DNA of 64,000 nt from Octopus sinensis (taxonomy: Eukaryota). Location of the stretch: contig NC_042999.1 in NCBI RefSeq assembly GCF_006345805.1, positions 50,778,001 through 50,842,000 on the forward strand, written 5' to 3'. The position numbers and the translations under genes were made by a program. Shown piece after piece: positions 13,102-26,722 of the stretch (positions are counted from its first letter, which is position 1; each line of letters opens with the position of its first letter). The notes under the pieces are model-generated. The model did not search any database and was not told where the DNA came from. It was given only the letters and a program-made list of their open reading frames with translations.

Positions 13102-13478
13102 AACTTCTGGGAAATTTGGTCGAAAACTTCCTGGGAAGTTCCGAGGATTTTCCAACTTCCGGGAAATCTGGTCGAAAACTTCCTGGGAAAATCCAAGGAT
13201 TTTTCCACCTTCCGGGCAATTTGGTCGAAAACTTCATGGGAAATTCCGAGGATTTTCAAACATCCGGGAAATTTGGTCGAAAATTTCCTGGAAGGTTCCG
13301 AGGAATTTCTAACTCTTAGGATACTTGGTCAAAACCTTCCTGGGATTTTCCAACTTCCGAGTAATTTGGTCGAAAACTTCCTGGAAAGTTCTGAGTATTT
13401 TCCAACTTCCCTGAAATTTGGTTGAAAACTTCCTGGTAAGTTTCGAGGATTTTCCAACTTCCTGGAAATTGTCGAAAG
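13102..13478. repeat. 52-bp minisatellite, about 7 copies
   Basis: Unit aacttccgggaaatttggtcgaaaacttcctgggaagttccgaggattttcc; starts at 13102 and 13154 are 52 bp apart. Confidence 0.93.
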
Positions 13479-13549
13479 TAATTTCAACAATTTTTTGCTT
13501 GTCAATGGTGCAAATATAGAAAAAAAAACAGGGTTTTAAGAGAGTTTAA

Positions 13550-15120
13550 AGTTACAAGGTAGAAACCAGACAAACAATTAGTAATAATGGTACACTCCTC
13601 CCACATGACAAATGGAATAAGTGAGTTACTATAAGTAAAGAGAAGTTCATGAAGTACCAAAGAGTACATAGTAGGTAGTCAGAGATAGTCGTGTATTTTA
13701 CTGGTTTTACTAAGTATACTGTATACTGAAGTGGCTGTTATAACAATCCAACATTTTAAGGATCATAACAGTGGTGACGAGAATTTAAACAACTCATGAG
13801 GAATTAATAAACATGACAAGAATTTTAACAAATCATGAGGAGTCAGTAAATTCACAGAAGTTTTTGTTGTGCAAATTTTACAAAAAAAAGCGTAAAATTA
13901 CGGAAAATTTGTTGGCCATTCTGCTCAAGTTGCAACAACAGCAACTGAAAAAACAACAACAGCAGCAACAACTGCAAGAACAACAGCTGAAGTAACAACA
14001 ACACCACCAACAACTGAAAGACCAACAACAACAACTATTACTATTACAGCAACAAATGCTGCAATTAATGAAGTTGTCAAGAAATTCAGAAAAAGTGTTC
14101 TTGCCAGATTATGTCATGAACTCCATAACAGAGTTCAAATACGAACCTAGCGAAGGAGTTACATTCAAAGCATACTAAAGAAGATATGAGCAAATCTTCA
14201 AGAAAGAATGTAAAGATTGAGATGACAAGATGAAAATGCACTTAATCTTGAGAAGACTGGTGGTAACAGAACAGGAATCAATACAGTAAATATGTACTCC
14301 CAAGAAATCCTTCAGACATAAACTTAATGACACAAAGATATATTGCGTAAAATTTTCAGTGAAAAAAGCTCATCGTTCAATGCATATTGAAAGTGTCTGA
14401 ATATAGACAAAGACAATGATGAGAACTACATCACATATGCGGGCAGAGTAAACAGGGAATGCGAGAAGTTTAACTGAATGAATTAATGCCAGATATGTTC
14501 AAATACCTGATTTTTACACAGGGACTTACTGCCCTAAAAGACATAGAAATTAGAATTAGAATTCTCACAAAGCTGAAACAAAACTAGGATATAACCCCTA
14601 CAGCAAGTGTCAGAAGAATGTGAAAGGATAGTCAAGTTAAGATACAACACAGAGGAAATTGAATGTAAAAATTGTTTCCAAGTAAAGCAAGAGCAAATTA
14701 GTCATAATAGAGATAAAATATTTTCTAAAATACATGACAAAAATGTTTTGCATGTGGAGGTATACAACCAAGGAAAAATTGTCGATTCAGAAAAGCAGAG
14801 TGTTTTTGTTGTGAAATACAGGACATATAAAGATGCACTGTAGAACGAAGATGACAAAACATCTGAACAAGGGAAAAAGAATAAATAGTATATCATCAGA
14901 AGAAATTGGTAATATGATGATGAGGAAAGTTGTGAATGTGAAAATCAGAAATACAAGAGTTAAAATGCAATTGGACACTAGTAGGGACATCACCATTATA
15001 AACAAAAAACATGGAAATATTCGGTAAGCCAAAGTTAATTAAATCAACAAAAGGTAGCACATGGTGTTATGGGAAAACGATTATATTTTTTCAATGAATT
15101 TCTATGTAGTGTAACATTTG
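13550..15120 (+). mobile_element. Decayed Ty3/Gypsy LTR retrotransposon 5' part (LTR, PBS, gag, zinc knuckle, protease)
   Basis: ataaca followed by PBS-like tggtgacgag at 13772; gag peptides FKYEPSEGVTFKAY and YITYAGRVNRECEKF; protease VKMQLDTSRDITII; many stops and frameshifts. Confidence 0.88.
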
Positions 15121-15124
15121 AAGG

Positions 15125-15126
<2 letters not shown>

Positions 15127-15187
<61 letters not shown>

Positions 15188-15709
15188 TATATATACATAT
15201 ATGTATATATATACACATATATTTATTATATAGAAGGAGCTTCTACAGGACTAGAACTGTTTCATTCAAGAGAAATCTTCAGGAAGCTAGTTAACAAGAA
15301 TTGTATTGGCATTTATACATTTAGGCAGGTTTAAAGGGGTGTTGGTGGGGGACTTTTTTGGGGGTAGGCATAGCGCAAAAAATCATACTTGGGGGAGTGG
15401 TCAAGGAGTCAGTGTAAAATTAGATAGGAGAATAAATAAAAACTAGCTTCCTGAAGATTTCTCTTGAATGAAACAGTTCTAGTCCTGTAGAAGCTCCTTC
15501 TATATAATAAATTAATTTTACTCTGCTATGTATTGAGTACCTTACTTACTGTGGTTAACCCCGAATCAACCCGGGACCTACATATATACACATATATATA
15601 TATATATACACACATATATATATATATACACACATATATATATATATACACACATATATATATATATATACACACATATATATATATATACACACATATA
15701 TATATATAT

Positions 15710-15756
<47 letters not shown>

Positions 15757-15905
15757 TATATATATGCACATATATATATACACATATATATATATATATT
15801 ATATACACATATATATATATATACACATATATATATATATATACACATATATATATATATATATTTATACACACATATATATATACATATATATATACAT
15901 ATATG
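15127..15905. repeat. (TA)n/(TACACATA)n microsatellites flanking a fold-back element
   Basis: Direct reading. Confidence 0.9.
15222..15511. repeat. 71-bp perfect inverted repeat with ~148-bp spacer
   Basis: 15222-15292 is the reverse complement of 15441-15511. Confidence 0.92.
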
Positions 15906-16395
15906 TATCTCTTTCCCCGTCTGTCTTGATAGACAATGGGTTGCGCCAAGGGTGGGGTCTACTTTGATGATGTGCAGCGACTGCTGTGACTGAACAGTCC
16001 AATTCTAGAGTGGCAGTCCTTGGTACATTTGCTGCACACGAACATCGATGGGTACATGTGGGGTGTTGCTGCAGTTGTCCTCCTCCTGTCCCGCCTGTCC
16101 AACCACAGCTGTGCTCTCCTCTCCTCAGCCATGGAAACGCCTTTCCTCACCGTCCGACGCCAGGCAGAGCGGTCAGCAGCTGTTTCCTCCCACGTGTCCA
16201 CACAGATGTTGGCAGTCCTCAGGTCGCGCTTGCACACGTCCCTGTATCATAGCTGTGGACGTCCCTTGGGTCGGGATCCCGTGGTGAGTTTGCTGTACAG
16301 AATGTCTTTAGGCATGCGACCGTCCTGCATGCGGCAGACGTGTCCGAGCCAGCGCAGTCGTCTCCGCACAAGGAGGGCATACATGCTTGGCATAT
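15905..16395 (-). mobile_element. RTE (BovB-like) LINE 3' end
   Basis: RRLRWLGHVCRMQDGRMPKDILYSKLTTGSRPKGRPQL, DRSAWR and C-terminal zinc finger [23 protein letters not shown]. Confidence 0.93.
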
Positions 16396-16466
16396 TAGTC
16401 ATATATGTATACACATACATATATATATATACACATACATATATATATACACATACATATATATAC

Positions 16467-16525
<59 letters not shown>

Positions 16526-17403
16526 GTGCACATATTAAGAAGTTTGTTCCCCAACCACATGGTTTTGAGTTCACTTCCACTTCATGTCACCCTGAGCAAG
16601 TGTCTTCTATAGCTTTGGTCCAACTAAAGCCCTGTGAGTGGATTTAGTAAATGGAAGCTGAAAGAAGCTTGTCATATACACACACACACATATATATATG
16701 TGTGTATGTGTGTTTATGTCTTCTTGTCTTGACATCACAAGATAGTTGGAAATGAGAGATGGTGACAAGAAGGGCATCTGGCCATAGAAAATCTTCTTCA
16801 ACGAATTCTGTTAGACCCCCACCAAGCATAGAAAAGTGGACAGTTACCCCTTTAGCATTCAGATTACTCTGCTTCTTCATTCACATTGCTTTGAATTAAG
16901 CATCTATTTATCTTGTAGCTTTGAGATTTTGATAATATCATCATCATCATCATCATCATCATTGTTTAATGTCCGTTCTCCATGCTAGCATGGGTTGGAT
17001 GGTTCGACCGGGGATCTGGGAAGCTAGAAGGCTGCACCAGGCTCCAGTCTTATCTGGCAGTGTTTCTACAGCTGGATGCCCTTCCTAATGCCAACCACTC
17101 TGTGAGTGTAGTGGGTGCTTTTTATGTGCCACCTGCACAGGTGCCAGGCGAGGCTGGCAACGGCCATGATCGGATTGGTGCATTTTACGTGCCACCAGCA
17201 CGGAACCAGTCGAGGTGGCACTGGCATCGGCCACGATTCAGATGGGGCTTTTTACGTGCCACAACCTTTTAGGGTTGGTGTGAGAGACAGGATCTGGCCA
17301 GTTTGAACATAAAATGAGTAGAATATTTTGGCCAGATATGGCTGGTTTGAATGTTAAAAAGTTAAACAATTATATCAATGATGATGATGATGACAACGAT
17401 TAT

Positions 17404-17445
<42 letters not shown>

Positions 17446-19115
17446 AATCCTTAAAATCTCATTAAGAAGAGCTAGCAAGTAGTCCTTGTACAACCTTCAA
17501 CTAAATGGAAAGAATGGGCTCTGATTACACTGTGTAACACAATTTTTGTCCTTGAGAAGCAACTGTTATTTCTTATTTGCTTACCCCTAGAAAGTATGAA
17601 TAACGGCTAAAATTTCCTTCAAACTTTGCTTTTGTTACATTTCTTCAAAGCTCAAAGGATCCCTCTCAGTAAATGGTTATGATGCTCCCCCATGCTACTC
17701 TTGATCATCATCAGAGATGTACATATTGTCAGCCACTAAGGGACCTGCTCAAGTGGTTAAGGTCAAGCAAGTGACAAGCAAATCTGCAGTGCTGAGCAAA
17801 ATATTTGTTATAATGATATTTCTGCTTCAGCAACTCAGCACTGAATCTGTCTGAAATGTAATGGAAAATAGGTCAGTTTCAAAACATTGATATCCAGGTT
17901 ACAAAAGCAAAGTTTGAAGGGAATAGTAGCCATTAGGAAATAACACTGACAAAAGACCAAAACTTTTTTTGGTTTTGTTATACTCTTTACTCTTTACTCT
18001 TTTACTTGTTTCAGTCATTTGACTGCGGCCATGCTGGAGCACCGCCTTTAGTCGAGCAAATCGACCCCGGGACTTATTCTTTGTAAGCCCAGTACTTATT
18101 CTATCGGTCTCTTTTGCCGAACCGCTAAGTGGCAGGGACGTAAACACACCAGCATCGGTTGTCAAGCAATGCTAGGGGGACAAACACAGACACACAAACA
18201 CATACATCATCATCATCATCATCATCATTTAGCGTCCGTTTTCCATGCTAGCATGGGTTGGACGGTTCTACTGGGGTCTGTGAAGCCAGAAGGCTTCATC
18301 AGGCCCAGTCAAATCTGGCAGTGTTTCTACGGCTGGATGCCCTTCCTAACGCCAACCACTCCGTGAGTGTAGTGGGTGCTTTTTACGTGCCACCCGCACT
18401 GGTGCCAGACAGAGCTGGCAAACGGCCACGAACGGATGGTGCTTTTTATGTGCCATCGGCACGAGGGCCAGGCGAGGCTGGCAACGGACACGAAACGGGG
18501 CGGTGCTGGCAATGGTCGCGAAACGGAAAGTTCTCTTACATGCCACCGGCACTGGTAACACATCTGCAATTTCCATTGATCGATTTCCATTGATCGATTT
18601 CGATTCTGATCCTCATACATATATATATATATATATACATATATACGACAGGCTTCTTTCAGTTTCCGTCTACCAAATCCACTCACAAGGCATTGGTCTA
18701 CCCGGGGCTATAGCAGAAGACACTTGCCCAAGATGCCACGCAGTGGGACTGAACCCAGAACCATGTGGCTGGTTAGCAAGCTACTTACCACACAGTCACT
18801 CCTGCGCCTATGCAGCATTGTAAGTTGTAATCTATGTATTTTTCTGCCTAAATAACTATAGAAGTTCTATTGTCTGAACACAATATCAACCATCATTGAC
18901 TTATGAAATAATTTCACAAATGTATAACTATAAAACTCTTAAACTTTGAGACTAAAATATGATCTTGCAATGATGCAAATTACACAAATAGAGTGAAGCC
19001 TTACAGCATATTGTAACTCCTGGAATGGTATTTAGATAACATAATAAATAACTACTTTGGTAAAACACAATGTAATTGGAGAAACGTAGTGTGTATTTAT
19101 CTCAGAATTTCAGTG

Positions 19116-19147
<32 letters not shown>

Positions 19148-19920
19148 TTCTCACTCATATTCATATGTGCATACATACATACATATATATGTGTACACAC
19201 ACACATGTATATATACACTCACACACATACACATATATATACATTCATATATACATACATACATATATATATACACACACACATGTATGACACATATATA
19301 TATACACACACACATGTATGACACATATATATATATATACACACACACACTCACACACATACATACAGACACAATTTTATATACATATAAAACAATAACT
19401 AGAACTATATGTATATATATAACTAGAATTCTCTCTCTTTCTTTCTCTCTCTCTCTATATATATATCGATATGTATCTCTAGTCAATTATTAAAATGACT
19501 CCTGTATGATGTATATTTATATGTCTATGGTTTGTTCCAATAATGCCCTCTTTTTTAAACACACATACACACTACATATAAATATGTGTGTGTGTGCGAA
19601 AGAGTTATGAGGGCATTTAACTGTTTGCCAAGTTTTAAAAACTATTACGGTTTGTAATTGCTATGATGATTGTGCAAGACGTATTTTATTTGTGAATTCT
19701 GCTTCAGTTTGTAATTTTAATGAACATTATTTGTTCCCGATTCAGTAAATTTGGTGTCATTGTGTGCATCCATATAAGGATGTAGGTAACTATGTGCATG
19801 CACACTTAAGTCTTTTAGAACAAGAATACAAGCAAGTTACTGAAAATTCGTTGGATATGCAGGATGGGCCAAAAGTCATGCATCACTTGTACATGATGAA
19901 CAAATTGCATAATAATAATG

Positions 19921-19972
<52 letters not shown>

Positions 19973-21784
19973 TGTGTGACAAAATTTTTATCGTTGTTTT
20001 CTTTGGTCAGTAAGTGCTATTTCCTATTTGCTTCTATCAAGAAATCAAAGGAAATGACTGCTATTCCCTTCAAACTTTACTTTTGTGACCTGGACATCAA
20101 TGTTTTGAAACGGACCTATTTTCCATTACATTTTAGACAGATTCAGCACTGAGTTGCTGAAGCAGAAATATCATTAGAGTAAATATTCTGCTCAATACCA
20201 CAGATTTGCTCATCAGTTACCAAATAGAAAAGGAAGGGTTCAAAACTGTTACTGAAACCCTCGGTACTATACTGTTACTTTATTTTATTAATCCTTGGAG
20301 GATGAAAGGTAAAGTTGATCTCAGAAGTATCTCAACACAAAATGTAAAGAACTAGAAAAGATGCCACTAAGCAATTTTGATCAAAACTTTAACAAGTTTG
20401 CCAACCCATCAGCAACAATGGAGAGGAACTCCACAATTTTTAGACTTAGTACATTTGTGATGATGAATTCTCATATTACAAAAAGAAAGAAAAAAATATC
20501 TGCAATTTTCTTTTAAATGTTTAAAAATTGCATTACTAATTCTGTATAAACACATAATTTATTTTCTCTTTCTTTAAATATCAATAAAGAATCGATTTAT
20601 ATGAAAGCAAAAAAAATATATACAAACACATTTCTTTATTCAAAAGATATCGTGCAATATAAGAAAACCTTTGAGAGATAGTGGAGTCGGGTGGTAAGGC
20701 AGGTGGGAGAAGCTGAATGACAATAGCAAAAATTTTAGGAGGTAACAATTTTTCTTGTCTGTCTGACTGTGTATCTGAGCTAGTTTAGAAACTGACCTGA
20801 CTGTTAGTACTATAAGTGCAGTATCATGTTAGCTTACACTTTTAATAATTTTCCCGCACAGCACACCATGATTTTTAAACTGTTCTAAGTAGTTACATCA
20901 TCCTCTCAAAAGCCATATATTTTCTAAAGGCAGCATCATGGTTTCAATGTGGCCTATATTTCAATGCTGTGCTTCCATAGTAAATTTGAATTTATAAAGA
21001 TTTGCAAACATGAATGTTTGCATGAGAATAAAGAATATGCAATTTTAAAACAGAAATAAATAAATAAATAAATTAATGTATATTTTATTTGTTATAAATA
21101 GCAACATCGCATGTTGTTGAGAATCATGAAATAACATTGTAGAAAATAAAGCATTGTAGAATAGAAAGGTGAACTGCTTCGGTGAAGTTTCAATTTCTAC
21201 TTGCGACCATCTACATCCAATTAAAATGCTAAATGAGCTAACAAGGGAGCAAGCTTCAAAACCAGGGGATCCGAAACTTTCCAAAACCAAGGACTCCTTT
21301 TCTTTAATATATATCTCAGCCATAAAAACCATGCCAAAATTGACCTCACCTGTGCTGGTGCCACATATAAAGCACTGCGTCCACTCTGCAGGGTGGCTGG
21401 TTTCTGGAAGGGCATCCAGCCATAAATAAAAACCATGCCAAAACAGACACAGTAGCCTTGGGTAGTCTTCTATTTGGCTATCTCCTGTCAAATCGTCCAA
21501 CCTATACTAGCATGGGAGGTGAATTTTAAACGATGATGATGATCTTCTCACAGACCCAAAGATTTTGAAAGATCTGTCAACAAAATAAGCCAGTTTTAAC
21601 AAACAAAAAACTTGTTTGCCTTGTTTCACCTCAAAAACTGAGAGATATATTCAACTGGATAATCATATATAATCAAGTTTGTCTGTTTGTTTTATATCCA
21701 TTTTTCCATTCTAGTATGGGTTAGATGAATATCTACTGAGGCACTGTTTTACAGCAGCATGCTCTTCATGTCACTAACCCATAC

Positions 21785-21887
21785 CTGTTTTTCAAGTAAC
21801 AAATTTTTTATTCCATTCATCTTTGAAAATATTAAGCTAATGAATAATTTGTTAGCTGGGAATGTCAACAAACATCACTACTATTTG
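21785..21887 (-). pseudogene. Candidate 103-nt exon with three in-frame stops (QIVVMFVDIPS*QIIH*LNIFKDEWNKKFVT*KT)
   Basis: Donor CAG|gtatgg; acceptor uncertain (ctgcatcag used). Confidence 0.2.
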
Positions 21888-24800
21888 CTGATGCAGATTA
21901 TAAATATTTACACAGACACACACAAGCATACACACACACATACATGTATGTGTGCATATGCATAAGACAGTCTGGACAATCAATTAGTTGGCTACAGCAG
22001 ACACATACTGTAATGTAGAACTCAAAATTACATAATAACAAAGCATACCCCCATTCACACAGCCATTTCTGAGGAACTATATATTTTACACTGTAACCTT
22101 TCAAAGTTTTGCACACAGCTTACTGTCCTCTAAGGGTCTACAGACTCCATGTTGGGAAATGCAGCTATTTGTAGTCACCTGAGCTGCTAGAAATAACACT
22201 CAAATCTCTTTGAAATTTTACCTTACCATCTCAAAATTGGGAAAAGACATAAAACAATCTTGATCTGGAAATAAGAAGGCATGGACATGATTGGATGCTT
22301 TAATCCTTTATCTGCTTGATCAGAGCTGATTGGAGGATAGCAACAACAGCTTACATTACTATAAGCAGAAAAGGGAACGGCTGCAACAGAAATAACAGCC
22401 AATACCCTTAATTACATCCTACCACTTAAAATAAAGAAAATCATGTTAAATCATGTACTCCTAGGTATGTGTAGATATCCATAAAAGCACAGAAGGGTCA
22501 TATCTGGAATATCATTGATCATGGGTTCGATAAGTTAAGACAAGACTGGAATTAAACAACAATAATTTGCAATGCTAATCCTTTTGAGAATGACATGGAC
22601 ATTAAAATCTGTCATGTTTTCCTCAAATAAAAATTTCAAACTTCGTGACTATGTAAGAAATAAATATTATTAGTTTAAAATTTCAGATTTTAGCTACAAG
22701 CTTTAGAATATTGAAATAGATTTTTAATTGCTTGTCATTGCAAATAAATATAGAAATTGCTCTGGAAGCTAAAATTCATTTGTTGAGAGAAATGAACAGT
22801 AATTGAATAATAAAAATGAAAATAATTAGCTTCGGATTTATGCCAAGATTTTTAATTACAATCAGTGATTGGTGATGAGAAATAAATTATTATGTTTACA
22901 CAGTTATAAACAATTAACTGCATAAACTGTGTGAATTTTTAAATTTTTCTCTTGAGAAATATGTGAGTGTTGTTTGAAAAATATGCACATATTTTGTGTA
23001 TATATAAGGATAATTCATGTATGTATTATAATGTGTGTATCTGTGCTAATATGTAAATGGATGTGATTGTACATATGTGAATGTAATTGTATATGTATCT
23101 GTGTATGTGACAGTATGTGTATATGATAGCAATTTTTGTAACAAAGAAAAGATTGACCGTTTCTTTGGAGTTTCTGCTTGATAGCCTTCATCATGCTGTT
23201 CATTACTTGTGTTTTCTAAGCTCTGTCTGTCTGTCTGTGTGTGTGTGTAGCTGGAAGATAACTTGTGAGTGAATCAGTGTGGCCTCTAAGAAGGTGTGGA
23301 GCAACAGTTTAACCATTTAGCATTCAAATTAATCTGTCAAATGTAATGGGGTAAAGTCCCCCTTCAGTCATGAATGACCATGGGATAGCACCTAGAAATT
23401 TCCCCTCAAAGGCACAAGTCTGGGCAAGGTTGTTTATTGAAGACTTGCAGTTGCCCATGCATATCATTTCCCCCTCTCCATGCCACTGATGTTATCCAAG
23501 GGAAAGGCAACAGCTATACAGCTTGGTACCAGTGATATCAAAACTCATTTGTACAGCTGAGTGAACTGGAAAAATGTGAAGTAAAGTGTTTTGCTCAAAA
23601 ACACAACAAACAGCTCAGTCTGGGATTAGAACTTATTACCTCATGATCATGGACCCAATGCTCTAACTGGGATTAGAACTTATTACCTCATGATCATGGG
23701 CCCAATGCTCTAACTGCTGAGCCATGTGCCTTCAAATGAAATGCTTATTTATTTATTTGTTAATTTAATTAATCATGTATTATCATTTAGCTTTGAAATT
23801 TCAATGGTGTGATTGTTTACATTATAGGATAGATGTGAGAGAGTGGATTTAGCCAGTTTGAACATCAAACAAATAAAACAGATTGACCAAATATAGCCAG
23901 TTTAAATGTTAAAGGGTTAAGTGGATGAGTATAAAAGTGTTTGTGAGAAGAAAGTAGTAGAATTATTAGAGTAAGAAGGTGAGGATAAAAATGAGGGGAA
24001 GGAGAAGAAGAAAGCAAACAGTTTTATGGTGGCAGTAGAAAGGGGAAAATGGTAAAGAATTTTTCTGTTTTGACAGTAAAAGCTTTGTTGAACCTATAGG
24101 GCTCACTTCTGTTAATTTAGTTGTATTTAGTGTAGGAAATTCATCATCATCATCGTTTAATGTCTGCTTTCCATGCTAGCATGGGTTGGACGATTTGACT
24201 GAGGACTGGCGAACCAGATGGCTGCACCAGGTTCCAATCTGATCTGGCAGAGTTTCTACAGCTGGATGCCCTTCCTAATGCCAACCACTCTGAGAGTGTA
24301 GTGGGTGCTTTTACATGCCACCGGCACAAGGGCCAGACAGGCAGTACTGGCAACGGTCACGTTCAAATGGTGTTTTTACGTGCCACCTGCGCAGGAGCCA
24401 GTCCAGAAGCACTGGAAACGATCTCGCTTGAATGTTTTTTCACATGCCACCGGCACAAGTGCCCGTAAGGTGACACTCGCAATGATCACACTCAAATGGT
24501 GCTTTTACGTGCCACTGGCACAGAAGCCAGTCGGCTGCTCTGGCAATGATCATGTTTGGATGGTGCTCTTAGCACTCCACTGGCTTGGGTACCATGCTTC
24601 TTTTTCCTTATAAAACCCTTTTCTACCCGTCCAATTAAAATAGCCATGAAATACAATCATCTTCATTGTCATCCTCATTCAACATCTGTTTTTCCATACT
24701 GGCATTCATCTTAGTGCTCATTTAAGTGTGGCCGTTGCCAGTACCACCTGACTGGCCCCCGTGCCGGTGGCACATAAAAACACCCAATACACTCTCGGAG

Positions 24801-24933
24801 GGGTTAGTATTAGGAAGGGCATCAAGCTGTAGAAACTCTGCCAGATCAGATTGGAGCCTGGTGCAGCCATCTGGTTTGCCAGTCCTCAGTAAAATCGTCC
24901 AACCCATGCTAGCATGGAAAGCAGACGTTAAAC

Positions 24934-24965
<32 letters not shown>

Positions 24966-25410
24966 GCCTTATACACACTTTTTACCAGAATTTTAAGTCT
25001 AAAAGTTTTGAGTATACATTATACATGGAAACTGAATGTTGTTCATTTTCTAGTTTTAACTGCTTGGCCATATTCAGAATGGCATAAGTTACTACTATTG
25101 TCCATGCTAACTGATGCATAAGGAAGAGTTTAAACCATTATAACAATTTTAAGTTTTTCTATGAGTGATAATACATTAAATGATCATTATATTTCATAAG
25201 TGTGGCCATCAGATCATATATATGGGCCCATATAATCATACCATTTATGGTGATTTATTTTCTTATGAACACGTTGAAATCATTCAAAAGTAAAATATAA
25301 AACTGAACCAGGAACAGCAAAATGATTAAATGTACTTGGTTTCTACTTATATGTTGCTAACATATTCTAGTCTGTGTACATACACTTCTACAAAAATATA
25401 AATGTCTTAC

Positions 25411-25486
25411 AATTTTGTCTTTCATTAAACTGCTATTATAAGTAATAACACCAAGGTGTTCCTGACATGCCAATCCAGTTAATATA
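25411..25486 (-). CDS. Candidate 76-nt exon, ILTGLACQEHLGVITYNSSLMKDKI
   Basis: Acceptor tatattaaacag, donor ATT|gtaaga; open, phase 2 to 0. Confidence 0.4.
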
Positions 25487-25771
25487 CTGTTTAATATATA
25501 TTCAATATATATATCTTTAATCTAATATGTTATAATTGTTTTATATTTACAATTTATATAAAATTATTTCTTTTTATTTTATTAAATGGTTTTGACATTA
25601 AATGAAACATGTTGCATGATTTTAATTTTTTTTTCCTTTTAGATTAAAAATAAATTGTCAGATCTTAAATATCAGATGATCAAACAAAAAGCCAAAAACT
25701 GTTTTGTTTTGTTTTTGTTTTTGTTTTTAATGCATAATAAAATAAAGTTAATAGTGTTTTAAAATTCTCAC

Positions 25772-25787
25772 TTAAGTATTAGCTCTT
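25772..25787 (-). CDS. Candidate 16-nt microexon (E)ELIL(N)
   Basis: Long pyrimidine tract ending cctgttttcacag, donor gtgaga; phase 1 to 2 bridges both neighbours. Confidence 0.4.
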
Positions 25788-26619
25788 CTGTGAAAACAGG
25801 TAATTGTAAAAAGGTAAAAAAAAAAACATATGGAAATAATTCGAAATAGCATATTACTACAGACTATTGTTCACATTTCTCAACATCGTTGTTAAAAACA
25901 TTTAGTTCACTAGCATTGTTGAAAGCTAGCACTGTTAAAACAAAACATTTCTTATCAAAAAGAAAAAAAAAGCAAAGGAAAACATGATCATTTATTTAAA
26001 AGTTATCAGAAGAGAAACTTAAGAATGGAGATGCATGTCTGTCGTACAACAAGAGTTGAATAAGATCAAAGGCCAAATACATATTACATACATATTACAA
26101 GATGTAATGATGTGTAAGGCAGAATCCCTGATGTGCAAAATAGAAATCTGGAAACTGTTTTGAAAACAAAATGAAAAATAAAAGTGTTTGATGCAGGAAT
26201 TACAACCATGTTTCATGGTCTGCTACCACAACAGCTCCTTTATAGGATCCAGTTAGCTCAAGACATCATCAGGAGGAACCACGTCCGGTTTCAGCCCCTA
26301 CTCCTCAACCGTTTTGACGTGGCGGGGCCCCCCCTTTCGGAGGTGTCTTCACCTCTGGTGTTGGGTGCATGTCTTCTTTCTTCTTCTTTCTTCTGTTCCC
26401 TGGCCTCTTCGATGTATTGTCAGTGAGTGTCAGCCGGTGACTGACTGTCTTGTCAAATTTTTCCCTTTAAATACCTGCCGCATAGGCTCCAGCAGGCAGC
26501 CCCAGCAAGTTGTCACGTGACACTGTTTCACCTTAACTGACTAGTGAAGGCGCGTAGTTTTAGCCCGCGCTTTTTCTACTCTTTTAATATGAAGCATTTA
26601 TTAATTTCAATGTTCTTAC

Positions 26620-26722
26620 CAGTCGTCGTATGAGGACTGGAATAACATAAGGGAGACAGTCTCACTTGATAGCTCACAGTGTACCCTGTTTGGTTTCTGT
26701 GACTACAGAGGAGGTAACCACT
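26620..26722 (-). CDS. Candidate 103-nt exon, SGYLLCSHRNQTGYTVSYQVRLSPLCYSSPHTTT
   Basis: Acceptor gcatttcag, donor CTG|gtaaga; open, phase 0 to 1. Confidence 0.4.

Noticed and set aside
13102-13478. CRISPR-like array
   Set aside because: Units are contiguous and degenerate with no unique spacers; eukaryotic context; no cas genes.
15526-16647. YI-rich ORFs and the 172-aa plus-strand ORF
   Set aside because: TA microsatellites and the antisense shadow of an RTE fragment.
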